Positions 36,165 to 49,938 of a DNA stretch of 64,000 bases are shown piece after piece. Both the position numbers and the translations under genes were made by a program. Location: assembly GCF_009914755.1 (NCBI RefSeq), contig NC_060933.1; one strand, given 5' to 3'. Under the pieces are notes generated by a model. The model saw nothing but the letters and a program-made list of their open reading frames with translations, made no database searches and was not told the origin of the DNA. How positions within the stretch are numbered: position 1 is the stretch's first letter; the number at the start of each line of letters is the position of its first letter. This stretch comes from the human T2T-CHM13v2.0 reference genome, Homo sapiens.

Positions 36165-36760
36165 TAGAAATTGCAAACATTTAGCAAAGGTAAGACAAAT
36201 ACTATTTTCCATATTCTACAGAAATACAATACTTTATAGCTGGCTTGGTACATGGTCACATAAGAACAAATCTAATGGAAAAAGAATATTTCATTCTACT
36301 TTTCTGCCACTTATCACAGTGTAATAAGTGCCAGTAAGTCCTGGAAGACAGTTGCAGAGGAAGATTAGAATCCCAGGGCTGTTTGTTAATATACATGATT
36401 ATATTGTAAGAATAATATAAAAACAAAATAGGTAAGATATACAATTAACATGCAATTTAAGCTATATTATTTTGAAGAAACAGGACAGAATTTAGTGAAC
36501 GCAACTTAAAAATTTGTTAATGTAGTATAATCAGCATATCATGGTATTTTACATGGTATGGAATTATTCCTCCTTAATAATGCTTGGCAAATTGGAACAG
36601 GCTGATCCTACTTCTAGAACATATTAAAATGAAGATGAAGGAAAACAAGTGGATAATTCTATTAGATGCTTTTCTAAATATTCTGAATTTTTAAAGTACC
36701 ATAATTACAGGCCTACCTCACCATCTCCAAAGTTAAAGTCATATTTTATACTCTATGAAT

Positions 36761-37068
36761 CTGTACTGTCCAGTATAGTAGCCCTTAGCCATATGTGACT
36801 ACTGAGCACTTAAAATGTGGCCAGTCAGAATTGAGATGTGCTGTGAGTGCAAAATACACTCAAATCTAAGACTTAGTATGGAAGAAAAAGAAGATAAGGT
36901 GTTTCATTAATAATCTTTTATATTGATTACATGTTGAAATGATATTTTTAATATACTGGGTTACATAAACTGTTATTAAAATTAATTTTGCTTGTTTCTT
37001 TTTTAATATGGCTACTAGAAAATTAAAAATTATGTTGTGGTTCACATTATATTTCTGTTGAACAATGT
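36761..37068 (-). mobile_element. MER33 (hAT-Charlie) within the PTAR1 3' UTR region
   Basis: CTGTCCA.TA..GTAGCC.CTAGCCA..TGTG..TA.TGAGCACTT, ATTGATTACATGTTGAAATGAT and GGCTACTAGAAAATT motifs. Confidence 0.8.
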
Positions 37069-40000
37069 GGACATAGATAATCTACAGTCATTACATTAGC
37101 CTTAGAATTTAGCATCATACTTTTAAGCACTCTGGGGTACTAACTTGAACTCCCAGAAACCCATAAGCACACTCTGCATATAAATTATTGCAAAATTCAT
37201 TCTTATCTCTCTGAAAGATATGCATTTTAAGGGTAAAAAGAATTCACAAAATATTGAATCCTTAACAAATGTCAATTAGTATATGGAGAGAGCTAAAGGA
37301 CTTCAATGTAGACTGTTACATTGGGGAAAAACAGATCAAGAAACATAGCAGTACAACAGAGGGAAGACCATTAGTCTCTTCAGTAAAATAGTTAGCCAAA
37401 CTTATCTTTAATGGCCAATGCCTGACCCTGCACCATAGATTATATATGTAACTTTTCCATTTAAACATAAACTATAAGAAAATCTTAAAACAATATTGAC
37501 GGCAGCTTACTTATATCTTCAAGCAATGTAAAATTAACAGGCATGGTTAATTTTAATGGCAGAATATAGTAGCTGAGAACTTCTTTTAAATGAAAGCTCC
37601 TCCATGTTAAATTATGCAATTGACTAGTGTCCACAAAATTCGAGTCAAAAAAAAATTAGACGCTATTAAAATCATAACTGGCCTTTTTTTTTCTCCCTCT
37701 CCTTTTTTAATCTTTTGTAGTGTATAAATATTTGGCATACTTATAATACCTCATCTTTTATTTTTTCCAACTCAAAAACAGTAAGTTAATCTAAGAATGC
37801 ATTCCATTATTTTCCTAAAAACAACATATGCCAAAGTACAATACTGACAGTGGTCACCTCAGTCAGCAGCCAGCATCGAAGTCATGCATCAAGAACCTCG
37901 CCAGGAGGCAATGCCTAATTACATTTGTACTATACACTCTGTTCCTCACAGTTCAGGTAGGAATGTTTATTTGTGTTTTATAAAACTGTTTAATCTTTTT
38001 ACATTAGGTAAACTCTGTCAAAAATGCTTTGAAAACCACAAATTAACAGATGCTGAGACTACTGTATCATTCACAAAAAGTTCTTCCTCATGCCAAAGAT
38101 GTTCTGAGAAAACAAGCAGAAGTTTATTGTAACTTCACATTTTACCATTACCACTCTTAAGACGCTAGAAACAAGTAAGATTTAAGGAAAAATAAAAAGA
38201 ACCTAAACCCGATAGTACTGGATATACCAATACAGAGACTGATTGCAGAAGACTACAGCAGTTCTCTCTAGAGTTCAGCCAGCTGCTTATTAAGACATTT
38301 AATTACATTTATTAATATGCCTTGCACAAGAAAATACTACTTAATCTTTCACATCTCCTATCTTTCAACTATGTTCTGTATAAATAATACTTCTATTACG
38401 TTACTAACTCCAGCTTAAATAAGCCTCATAAATCATGTCAAATGATATAATTTCAAAATTCCACACATATATTACTCTACAAATATACTCCTTGGTGAAA
38501 AGATGTCAACAGTCTCCTTTCTGAAAGCTGTTAGTTTGATGTTAGATCAATCACTGACTAAGCATTTATTGAGCATCTACTATAACTGTACCCAGTCTTT
38601 AACTAATAAGAAAAAAATACCTGCTCCAAATGCAAGATGATATTTGTAAGGGAGGATAATTTATCAACTTTTTCTAATAGAATGCTCCTTGAATCAATAT
38701 CTGCCATATGAAATTATATGACAAGTAAACCTCAAATTTATTACCTATCACCTTATAATGATAAATAAGCAATCTAAAGTATGCTGCATAGTACCTTGAG
38801 GAAAGTGACTGCTATACTTAAAATTAAGGCTGATTCCTAAAAGGTATGGAAGAAAAGCCAGAATGTTATTGTTTGTAAACCACTAAAGACTTAATATGAA
38901 CAGTTTACATAACTATCTGGTTAATTTGGGCAAATGAGCACTTGTGTTTGGTTTCTAACTTTGCTGGAAGGTGTTGGTCTAATAAAGAAAACTGCTTTAA
39001 GTAGGAGCACTTTTAGCATACACAAAAATAAAAATCCTTTGTAAATTTCACTTGCAATGTTGTGCAACTGTATATCTTTGCCTTATGCATTTGAAACTGA
39101 TTATGTATTTTATGCAAAATGGTATATTTTTCCCAAAGCTAAGAATATGGACAATGATGATATGATAGCTAAGCTAGTTTTATCTTTCTAGCTTTTATCA
39201 ACTCTTGACTTGTTGAATTCCTACAATGTGCAAGGCAGTATGCAATGTGTTGAACATATATGAGGTCTACACATAAAACAAAGGGAAACTGAAGTCTTTG
39301 GAAGCAAAATAGTTGTCAATTTGAAAACCAACGGTAATCATTTTCCTCAACAGTATTTCTAAAAGTTGAGAATGATGTCAACTAAAACAAAATACAATCA
39401 TCCCCACCTCTACCAAAGATGGAACTATAACACAGAAATCATTTCCACAGAAGACACGAGAATGTTCATACTAGAGCCATAGGGACCAAAGCAGCAAGAT
39501 AAACAATGAGGCAGTCACAGAATATCTACTAGCTACTGTACTGGTAATAGTTTATAAAAAATACGATCTATACTAAAATTTAAGAGCTAATAATATATTT
39601 AGCATATTTTTGCCTTTTCTTTTTGCCACTGAATATAAAATTTGTCCTGAATTTACTAAATCTTCTACACCCTGAGGAATAACAACAGACTAATAAAAGT
39701 AACGTCAGGGTTAGCTTTCTGGACAATAGAATCATCCAGAAAGCACAAATTATATATAGCTAATATTCTTGGAAGCACAAGGTTTCATCAGCAGACTAAA
39801 CTACTGCCCTGTATTGTTCTTAGCAAAGAGTTTGGTTTTACAGTGTTAACATGGCCTGGTGAGAGTAGAGAAGTCAAAGTTGGGAGCCTGAGGTTTCCTC
39901 TCCCACCTGAGATCCACAACTGATTCATTGGTTTTCTGTCTTCACCATGAACATGGCATATTGCTGCCCTTTAGGAATATATTATTCAACAGTTCTCTGT

Positions 40001-43000
40001 AAAAGCACTTTGGAATCTTTAGCTATATATTTCTATGAAATTATATTTGCTATCTTGAAATATGGAATTCCTATCCCTCCCTTCTCCATATACAAACAGA
40101 TAAAATGATACATTTAAAATTTCATCTACGCATTTACTTCTTTTCCTCCAATACCTGAGAGAAAGCAAGTACTGTTTTCCCCCTTTCAACTATATTACAT
40201 TATGCCTGAATTTGAGAGGGAAGGAAGGTCCTAAAGTAAGGCAAAGGATTCATTTAGGACAACGTTCTGGCCTTTATTTTAGGGCAGAGTGCCACTGTTT
40301 CCCTTTGGACGCAGGTTTCAGGCTAATCTATTTGTGCACACACCATCCTCTAAATGGGATGCCTCCAACCCCCAAAACGTTAGTTGCCAGAAAGAAAGAA
40401 CTAAATCTTGGTAGGGTGCTTAAAATGATAACTAATGGAATAATCAAAGCATCCTGCCTGCTTATATCAGTCTCTCACTGAAGGATAAAATACCCTACGG
40501 GGCCATGCCTAGCGATGGGAATAAATAAAACAATGGGCCACAATCAACTGTTTGATAAAACTTCCATCCTGTTTTCTTAAACATTAAATATAATCTTGCT
40601 CCCAAAAAAGTAAGAAAGGCACTCGAATTAACACAGTCTCTACAGTTATTTTTTAAAAGACACTATGTGACAATAAGGAATTCTTAGGGTTGATTTTTCT
40701 TCATTAACTTCTCAGTGCCTCCACACATCTCTCCATTAAATGGGAGCTTATTACAGAGCATACCTAGGTATGGGGAGGCAGCAACACATAAAGTGCTAGG
40801 GTTTGCACAGTTCTATTTGAGAAATTTATTCAAGACAAAAGGTTCAGTTGTTATCAGGTTCAAATTTTCTAGCATACTTTAAATATCTGTAAGTTTTAAA
40901 ATATAATTTTCCAGTAGCAAAATAATAGTTAGCTTAAAACAGCTTTTTAGAAAAAAAAAAATCATGTTACTTCCCTTTACAACTAAATCTTTAGCATCTT
41001 CTATAACTCAGGGGAACTAAGGTAGGGATTATTAGATTGTTGTACAGTAGGTGGTATCTGCCATCTTGTGCTATGTAAGAGAAAATTATTAAACTGACAA
41101 TTTGTTTGCTTCAATACTAAAAATTCCTTTTACACACACATACATGTGTGTGTGGCCCAACAAGAATAAACTGGCATGACCTGAACATACCTAAGTGGCA
41201 TACGATCTACTATGTATTTGCTTTCCTGCAAACTACTGCATAAAAATCCAAAAACTTTTGTTTCCGTATCTTGTATCACATAAGCCCTTATTTAAAAATT
41301 TAAGTACTTTTAGAGATAACCTGTATATATTTAACCCTACTAATAATTAAGCCTTTAAGTGAGAACTGTACCATAGGAATAAGAAATATGACTGAAAGTC
41401 TGGGCCCAGAGTTTCTTAAGAGGTAATAAAATGCTAAAATCTACAGAAGACAAAGGGGACATTAATACATATCAAATCCCTAAGCTTAAAAAATGACTCA
41501 TACAGATTTAAGAAATATCTGAAAGAGTCACAGTTCAAGTTGCGGGGAAAAAAGGAGAAGCATAAAATGATATGTGCACAGGTACAGATCAGTAAGTCAC
41601 TGAAATCAAAGAATTTCTTCAGATGATTAAAAGCAGTTTCGGCTCTGTATGCAGGATCTGTCCTCTAGTATCACAAATGAACAGAAAGTGGTGTTCTTAA
41701 TGCAAGTGGGTTCTTTAGCTCTACAAATTTTTAATATATATTATAATACAGTTAATTGACAATTACAGAGCTGCATTTCTTGGCTGGGATTTAACAAGTT
41801 TAAACAAGGTAATGAAATGAAGAAAAAAAAAGTCTAAATCAACTTACTCTATATGCAATAGCTCTTCCCAAGTATTACGAAACTAGAAAGCATCATTCAT
41901 TCCCAATCCATTGCACTAATCCATCAATTTCTCAATCATCACTCATTCTTAACACTCACAATCTTTCTCTTCCTGTTAGTCATTCATTAATTTAATAAAT
42001 ATTTAATGAGTCCTCACAATGTGCAGGGCACAAGTAGAATCTGGAAAACACCGTACTGCCAAAATAGGTACACTAAAGTACACTAAGGTACACTAAAGGC
42101 GGGGTGAAGGTGGTGTTGGAGACAGTTACAGAGCTTAATGCTTTTTGCTTGTCAGTAGTATTCTTAATCCACAGTAGGATGACCCACTGTTCTTCCAGTG
42201 AAAGTTTAATGAAATATGTGTCAATAAGCCATCTTTTCCTTTTAACAATTAGATTGTTATAGAAAAATAAGTGAAGACTAAAAGTCCCAGAAAACAGACA
42301 CATCCTTTCTACTACATAAGCTCAGTCAAAGACATTATCATGCTACAGCTAGCGGGTTTAAATATTAACCACTTAGGAAAAAAACCAACCATATAGGGCA
42401 ATATTAGGATTTTCTGTGAATGAACAATTAAAAAATGCAAACTCTAGAAATAAAGCAGCACACAAAAGTTACATACTAACAGTATCCTTTGGGTATTTGC
42501 ATTTTTGCTCTCTACTTTAAACTTTTAGGAAGGAAACAAGACATATTAAAGGACTGTGCGGCTTCAGAAAAGAGTGGGTTAAGAGCCTTAGAAGATATGA
42601 AAATAGTTTACACACCAAAGATAGGCAAGATAATCAGTGGAAGGTACACAAAGGCATGGAGCACTATAAAACTTAGCTAGTGTTTTATAGGGTATTGTCT
42701 ACACTCATTTCCTGACATTTTTTCACATCAAAGCATAAGCCCTATTACTCAAAATGTGAAAAATGATTTTTAGGAAAAAAGGTAATACTGAGTTAGGCCA
42801 GAATCTGGCAACATATTTTAGTGGAATGGGCTGAACCACCCATGTCTTCTCTGTGTAGTTTGCCCCCAAACACTCACAGGAGCTAAAAATCATAAACTTA
42901 TGATTTTATCCATAGAGGTCTAGGTGGACCTTGAGGTATTTAATTCAAAATATGCTTTGTACACAAAGGGCCATGGAATTATGTTCATAATGGTATTTTT

Positions 43001-44335
43001 TCATCTAAATAATATAAAAGCTATAAAAAGGTAATTTTTTACTTGAGAGAAGAACAAATTCTGTCTACTGGGGCCAGGCTAGACAACTTTTCTGGCGTTC
43101 TTAAGTCTCAACTCACTTCAACAGTCTGCCACTCAACAAAACCATGATGCCAAAGAAAAGGACATATTTCTTCTTCTTTAAGGCAGTCTACCTAACTCAA
43201 GTCCAGGCTTTCCGTAACAGTGAGAGAGAGGTTTACTTTCCCTACATCTTTATCCCCACTTTACAAATTACCTAGCAAGTAAAAAGAACAACAGGCAAAG
43301 CATTGTTGTCACACTTATTTCTGCCACTATTACTCACATTCTGCACAGATAGGACAACTGACAGCTTCCATCATTAGGGAAACTTTTAGAAGGGCCACTC
43401 TTCATATTTCTGGTATATGAATGTATTTTAGATGAGGTATGAAATTCATTGCAAATAGGGGGTAGAAATCTTGAAGACACACCCCTGAAGTAAGAAAGGA
43501 AAGATATACAAAAATGACACACAAAAGTGACAAAAAATACGTAATGGATTGGCAAAACAAAGTATATGAAAAGAAGAAACAGACCACTTACAAAAGGGCA
43601 AATATAAGAAAGCAGACATTACATGGCCCATTCCCCACCCTCATCCCACCTACCTGAAAAACTCAGCCCTTGTTATTGGAAACATAAGATACGGCTATAA
43701 TGTGGATACTTTGGTACCTCATCCCTGATTAAGTTCAGTATCAAAGTGTTTTGTTTTGCACATACTATTCCTTCCCTTGGCATTTGCCAGTAAACTTTAA
43801 CAGTCACTTCATGATAATTTTATAGTTTCCATAGTGTATCCTCAATAATTTAGATTTTTAAAAAGGAATATTTTTATGGATCTATTTCTTTATATATTTC
43901 TCCCATTTGTCATAAGTGAATTTGAAATTAAAAAGTAGTAATAGCTAAAAATGGCATTCCAGGTTTTCAGGAAAAAAAAATCAATTTTATAAGGACTGAT
44001 GTGTTTTGGCATATACCAAATTTGAGGTAAAAATAATCTATCAAAACTAGCAATAAAAATAATTTTCCTTTACTGCAATTACATAAACTCTTAAGTTAGT
44101 TTTTTCTTAAATAACCATTTAAAAAATGGATTACATTGGAAGCATTTTTTTCATATAAATTCCAATACTTCTGACTTTGGTAATTGGGTAGAACATGCTA
44201 GAGAAAGAGAACTAGTTTACATTTTTAAACATTCGCCCATCTAGCCATTTGATTCTCAAAACAATTACATCAAGTTATTCGGCATTCATACCAACATTCT
44301 TCAGTTGAACTGCAACATAAATGTTTATTTTCAAT

Positions 44336-44585
44336 TTGTTTTAGAGACAGGGTCTCAACTCTATTGCCCAGGCTGAGTACAGTGGTGCAATCATGGCTCA
44401 CTACAGCCACAAACACCTGGGGCTCAAGCAATCCTTCTGCCTCAGCTTCCTGCATAGCTAGGAACACAGTTGCATAGCACCATGCCTAGCTATTTTGTTT
44501 TACTTTTTGTAGAAATCGGGTCTTGCTATGTGGCCCAGGTTGGTCTCAAAGTCCTGGGCTCAGGCAATCCTCCTGCCTAGGCCTT
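44336..44585 (-). mobile_element. 5'-truncated AluJ, sense in the PTAR1 3' UTR
   Basis: GAGACAGGGTCTC...GGCTCAAGCAATCC J-type. Confidence 0.88.
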
Positions 44586-44955
44586 AAATTTTTAATTTTT
44601 AAAAGAATTTGCCTATGCAGCAATTGGACTGAGGGGGGTAGAGGTGTGTGTGTGTGAACCAATCAGGAAAACCAAATGAGAAGCCCCACATATAGAAATA
44701 CAAAGGGTGAGAAGTTAAACAGAAAATTTAAGACTCGCTGTTCAGCAGGAAGGAACTATACGATTATTTTATCCCCACAGGAATGCCAGTTATTAACAAA
44801 ATAAATAAAATGAAAGATTTACTATGGACTTTCAACCTAAAGACGAAGAACATATGGTTAGCCAATAATAGTAAACAGTTCATGCAACTATGTAAATAAT
44901 AAAAGAAAGCAATATTGCACTAAAAGGGGAACCTTGTAGGACTAATTCACCTCTT

Positions 44956-45182
44956 TCATTGACTCAAAGTAACCAGCCATTTCCTGTATGCACTGGCAAA
45001 CCTGGCTTGCTCCACGTTCCGACAGGTGGACAATACTTGATCAATGAACCTGTGCTCCATTTCTAGGCCTAGGGAGTCTGGAACTGGCGTCCGCTTCAGG
45101 CGTTTGGTTTCCTGGGAATAGCCTTGCTTGCTAGAGTCATTCAGTCCATCTACTTCCATTGCTTGAGACAGCTGGGAGCCTG
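44956..45182 (-). CDS. PTAR1: PTAR1 last coding exon: (A)GSQLSQAMEVDG...RFASAYRKWLVTLSQ*; TGA at 44958-44956
   Basis: Lies within ORF 44956..45246(-). Acceptor cttatccCAG|CAG. C-terminus matches PTAR1 as I remember it. Confidence 0.93.
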
Positions 45183-45263
45183 CTGGGATAAGGTGCAAGT
45201 CACTCAAAGTCCCCCCAGGGCTGTCTGCAGGTGACAACTGGGTCATGCTGTGAGGAAACCTAC
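45183..45263 (-). other. PTAR1: 81 nt GT-AG intron that is in frame and stop-free (exitron/retainable intron; +27 aa if retained)
   Basis: GTAGGT...CCCAG, length 81. Read-through gives GRFPHSMTQLSPADSPGGTLSDLHLIP. Confidence 0.8.
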
Positions 45264-45298
45264 CATTTAAGTGATGCTGAAGGTAGAAAATATGCCGC
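45264..45298 (-). CDS. PTAR1: PTAR1 35 nt coding exon (probably exon 7): (R)RHIFYLQHHLN
   Basis: Acceptor cttcccctctctatcgCAG|G, donor AATG|GTAGGT. Phase 2 start matches the previous exon and phase 1 end matches the last exon. Confidence 0.9.
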
Positions 45299-46244
45299 CT
45301 GCGATAGAGAGGGGAAGGAAGAGAATAAAGAAAATCACATTACAAAGTCAAGCTTTTCCAGAAAAAAAAGTTTGCAATTTCAAAACATACAGTATTCAAT
45401 TCACTGCCCATTTCATAACCAAGTTATACAGAGGAAGGAGGAAAAACAGTAGAGATGATGTTCCAGGATATTTGGACAAAGAAAGCCTTATAACTCCAGC
45501 TTACAGGTTTGTTTGTGAGAAAGAATACAGTCCTAAGGTTTTTCATAAGCATTTACTGAGATGACAATGACTTGGAGATGGTACTCTATGGTAACCGTAA
45601 TATAAAACTAGAAATATGTGACAGTCTTATTTCTGCTATAAGTTATAAATATAAAACAAAACCAAGACAAATCTCATTGATATCCTAGAAGACAAGTGAT
45701 TCAGAAATAAGGGGAATGAACAGTTCCTTTAGAGGCTTAATCTGTGGCCTCTATCAAGTACTTTAATAAAAATAACATATCTGTTGTAGTGGGTCTTATT
45801 CCCTAAAAGTCAACTGAACTTTACCCTAAATCCATCACCAACTACAGTTTTAAACATCCACATGCATTGGGGATGTGCTGGGCTCTGAGCAAAACATGTA
45901 AAAGATACAGTTCCTGTTCTCCCTCCGAGGAGAGCAATTCTCCTGCCCTTACAACCACCTACAATTGTTTGTTAAAAATGAAGATTCCCGCGTCTAATCT
46001 CCAAAAATTTCAATTCAGTGGGGGCACATCCATGTACAATGAACTGTATAACTTCTAGGTTGTTACATCTCATCATTCACATTAGCAACTCTAAGCCCTT
46101 AAGAGAATTCTATTCATTTTCCTTGCATATTCTGAAGCAGACAGGGAGCACATAATGTTCCACTTTTACAGGGGGTAAAACTTAAAGGCTAGATAAGCTG
46201 CCTAATGACAATGAGTCAGCAGTAGAAAACCGGCCTATGTAATA

Positions 46245-48601
46245 CAGGCATACCTAGTTTATATTATGCTTTGCTCTAATGTGCTTTGCAGATACTGTAT
46301 TTTTTATAAACTGAAGGTTTGGCAATCTTGTGTCAAGCAAGTCTATCAGCACAATTTTTCCAACAAAATGTGGTCACTTTTTGTCTGTGTCACATTTTGG
46401 TAACATTACTAATATTTCAAACTTTTTCAAGATTATTATATCTGTTATGTGATCTGTGATCAGCGATCTTTGATGTTACTACTATAACTATTTTGGGGTG
46501 TCACAAACACACCCATATAAGATGATAAACTGAACCAATAAATGTTGTGTGTGTTCTGATTGCTCCACCAACCAGCTCTTCCCCCATCTCTCTCCCTCAC
46601 CCCAGGCCTCCCTGTTCCCTGAGATACAACAATATTGAAATTAGGCCAAGCAATAATCCTACAATGACCTCTAAGTGTTCAAGTGAAAGGAAGAGTCACA
46701 GGTCTCTCACTTTAAATCAAAAGCTAGAAATGATTAAGCTAAGTGAGGAAGGCATGTCCAAAGGTGAGACAGGCTGAAAGCTAGGCCTCTTGTGCCAGTT
46801 AGCCAAGTTGTCAATGCAAAGGAAAGTTTTTGAAGGAAATTAAAAGTGGTAACCCAGTGAACACACAAATGATAAGCGAAACACAGTCTTACTGCTGATA
46901 TGGAGAACGTTTTAGTGCTCTGGATAGAAAAGCAGATCAGCCACAACATTCCCTTAAGCCAAAACCTAATCCAGACTAAGGCTCTAATGCTCTTTAATTC
47001 TAAGACTGAGAGAGGTGAGGAAGTTGGAGAAAAAGAGTTTGGAGTTAGCAGAGATTGGATCATGAGGTTTAAGGAAAGAAGCCATCTCTATAACAAAACT
47101 ACAAAGTGAAGTAGCAAATGCTGATGTAGAAGCTGCAGCAAGGTATCCAGAAGACCTAGCTAAGATCACTGATGAAGGCAGCTATACTGACAAGAGATTT
47201 GCAATGTAGATGAAATACCCTTCTATTTAAAGATGCCATCTAGGACTTTCATAGCTAGAGAGAAATCCATGCCTAGCTTCAAAGTTTCAAAGGACAGTCT
47301 GACTTTTGGTAGGGGCTAATATAGCTGGTGACTTTAAGTTGAAGCCAAGGCTCATTTACCATTCCAATAATCTTAGGGCCCTTAAGAATTATGCTAAGTC
47401 TACTCTGCCTGTATGTTGACAGCACATCCGTTTAAAGAATGGTTAACTGAATATTTTGATCCCACTGTTGAGACCTGCTGCTCAGAAAAAAAGGATTCCT
47501 TCCAAAATATTACTGCGCATTGACTATGCACCTAGTCATGTGAGAGCTCTGATTGAGATGTACAAAAAGATTCATGTTGCTTTCATGACTGCTAACACAG
47601 CATTCATTCTCTAGTCCATGGATCAAGGAGAAACTTCAACTTTCAAGTCTTGTTAAGAAATACATTTCATAAGGTTATAGCTGCCACAGATAGTGATTCC
47701 TCTAATGGATCTGGGCAAAGTAAATTGAAAACCTTCTGAAAAGGGTTCACCATTTTAGATGCCATTAAGAACGTTTGTGATTCATGGGAGGAAGTCAAAA
47801 TATCAACATGAACAAAACTTTGAGAGAAGGTGATTCCAACCCTCATGGATGACTTTGAGGAGTTCAAGACTTCAGTGTAGTAAGTCACGGCAAATGTGGT
47901 GGAAATTGCAAGACAACTAGAATTGGAAGTGGGGCGTGAAGATGTGACTGAATTGCTTACAATCTCATGATAAAACTTGGATGCATGAGGAGTTGCTTTT
48001 TATGGATGAACCAAAAAACAAAAAAAAGTGGTTTCCTGAGATAGAATCTACTTCTGGTGAAGATGCTGTGAACATTGTTGAAATGACAACAAAGGATTTA
48101 GAGTATGACACAAACTTAGTTGATAAAGCAGCAGCAAGGTTTAAAATGACTCCAATTTCGAAATAAGTTCTACTGTGGGCAAAATGCTGTCAAACAGCAT
48201 CACACACTACAGAGAAATCTTTCATGAAAGGAAGAGTCAAACTTCATTGCAATCTTATTTTAGGAAATTGCCACAGCCACCCCAACCTTCAGCAACCACC
48301 ACTCTGATCAATCAGCAGCCACCAACACTGAGGCAAGACCCTTCACCAGCAAAAGATTGCAACTTGCTGAAGGGTCGGATGATCGTTAGCATTTTTTAGC
48401 AACCTAGTATTTTAATTAAGATATGCACATTTTTTTTTTAGACATAATGCTGTTGCACACTTCTTAGACTATAGTGTAATGTAAAAGTAACTTTTATATG
48501 TACTGGGAAACAAAAAAAAATTGTGTGGCTCACTTTATTGCTATATTCACTTTATTGCAGTGGTCTGGAACTGAACCTGTGATATCTCTGAGGTATGCCA
48601 G
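46245..48601 (+). mobile_element. Near full-length Tigger1 (TcMar-Tigger) DNA transposon with decayed transposase
   Basis: TA|CAGGCATACCT...AGGTATGCCAG|TA termini. Transposase remnants from ATG 46664 (MTSKCSSERKS..LTLNQKLEMIKLSEEG; [14 protein letters not shown]) broken by stops and frameshifts. Confidence 0.93.
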
Positions 48602-49251
48602 TAGCTTAAAAGGTCTATCTTCCCTCTTGAAAACATGAAATAAGTGTCTTGGTTTTAAGAGAAAAAGAATGTTCTCTACTAATGAAGGTGCCAAAGAGGG
48701 GAGATAATCTTTTATGTTCTGAATATATTTAGTAAGGAAAAGCAGCTGACCAGGTCTCCTCAAATAACCTGCAAGACAGACTAGACTGGAGAAAGAAAGA
48801 AAATCTCAATAACTTTAGAAATAGGCAATTTTAAACAATGCCTACCTCCTTCCTGCCTAGCACAGGCAAGTCTTTCATTTACAAATACAATGCTATGGCC
48901 TAAAGTAGAATCTGTATTTATGAAGATGAAGATGCCTCCAAATAAAGGAAGATCCAAAAGAAATGAAGCTGGGAAGGGGTCACATATGTGACTTCAGTCC
49001 AACATACTGTCAAATGTACTCACAACTGAAGTTGATAGGTTGCTAACCCTTTTTCACTCTTTGCTACCAGACTTTCCCCTCTCTCAAAGAGAAATTCTCT
49101 TACACTTTAAACAAAAAGTGTCAAGAGATTATACTTCAGGTAAGTTAATTTGCAGACCATCAGGGTTGGAAAAATGATAAAGCATACCTTATTCTTGGGG
49201 TCTAATCAAATCTCAATCCTGACTGTGCATCAATGTGTTGAGCTTTTTCTA

Positions 49252-49574
<323 letters not shown>

Positions 49575-49751
49575 GAGAGATGGCAGCAATCCATCCTAGA
49601 TATGCTAAATATTAGTATCTCCAAGGAAGGAGTCAAAAAAACTTCTGATTCTGTTTTATTTTGGAACTAACACAGGTTATTCTGTTGCACAGTCAAGGTT
49701 GAATATCACCATCCTAAGCTGCAGGCAGAGATCTACATGAGGAATCTCTTA

Positions 49752-49781
49752 TTGATGATGATGATGATGATGACGATGATA
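49752..49781. repeat. (GAT)n trinucleotide repeat, intronic
   Basis: Read directly from the sequence; about 9 units with one GAC. Confidence 0.9.
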
Positions 49782-49938
49782 TGGTAACACAAAACCTCTT
49801 GTATTCACTCAGGCAAAGCTCCACAATCAGATGACCATGTTTACCCAAGCAGGCAGGAATCAGGTGTAACTAACACCTTCTGCAGCTCTCATGAAGACAT
49901 GCAGTTTTGTGTAGGAAATAGATTTTCCCTTTTCTTAC

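Larger units (their letters stand above)
36140..44955 (-). other. PTAR1: Probable long (~8.8 kb) 3' UTR of PTAR1
   Basis: AT-rich, repeat-poor sequence after the stop codon with a poly(A)-site-like architecture at ~36,140-36,165. Agrees with my recollection that PTAR1 has a very long 3' UTR. End point is inferred. Confidence 0.65.

Noticed and set aside
44956-45246. Independent 96 aa ORF starting MTQLSP
   Set aside because: It is the PTAR1 last exon plus part of the open intron; nothing suggests a separate start.
46547-48399. TIGD1-like transposase gene
   Set aside because: The reading frame is broken repeatedly and lies within Tigger1 TIRs; it is a fossil transposon.
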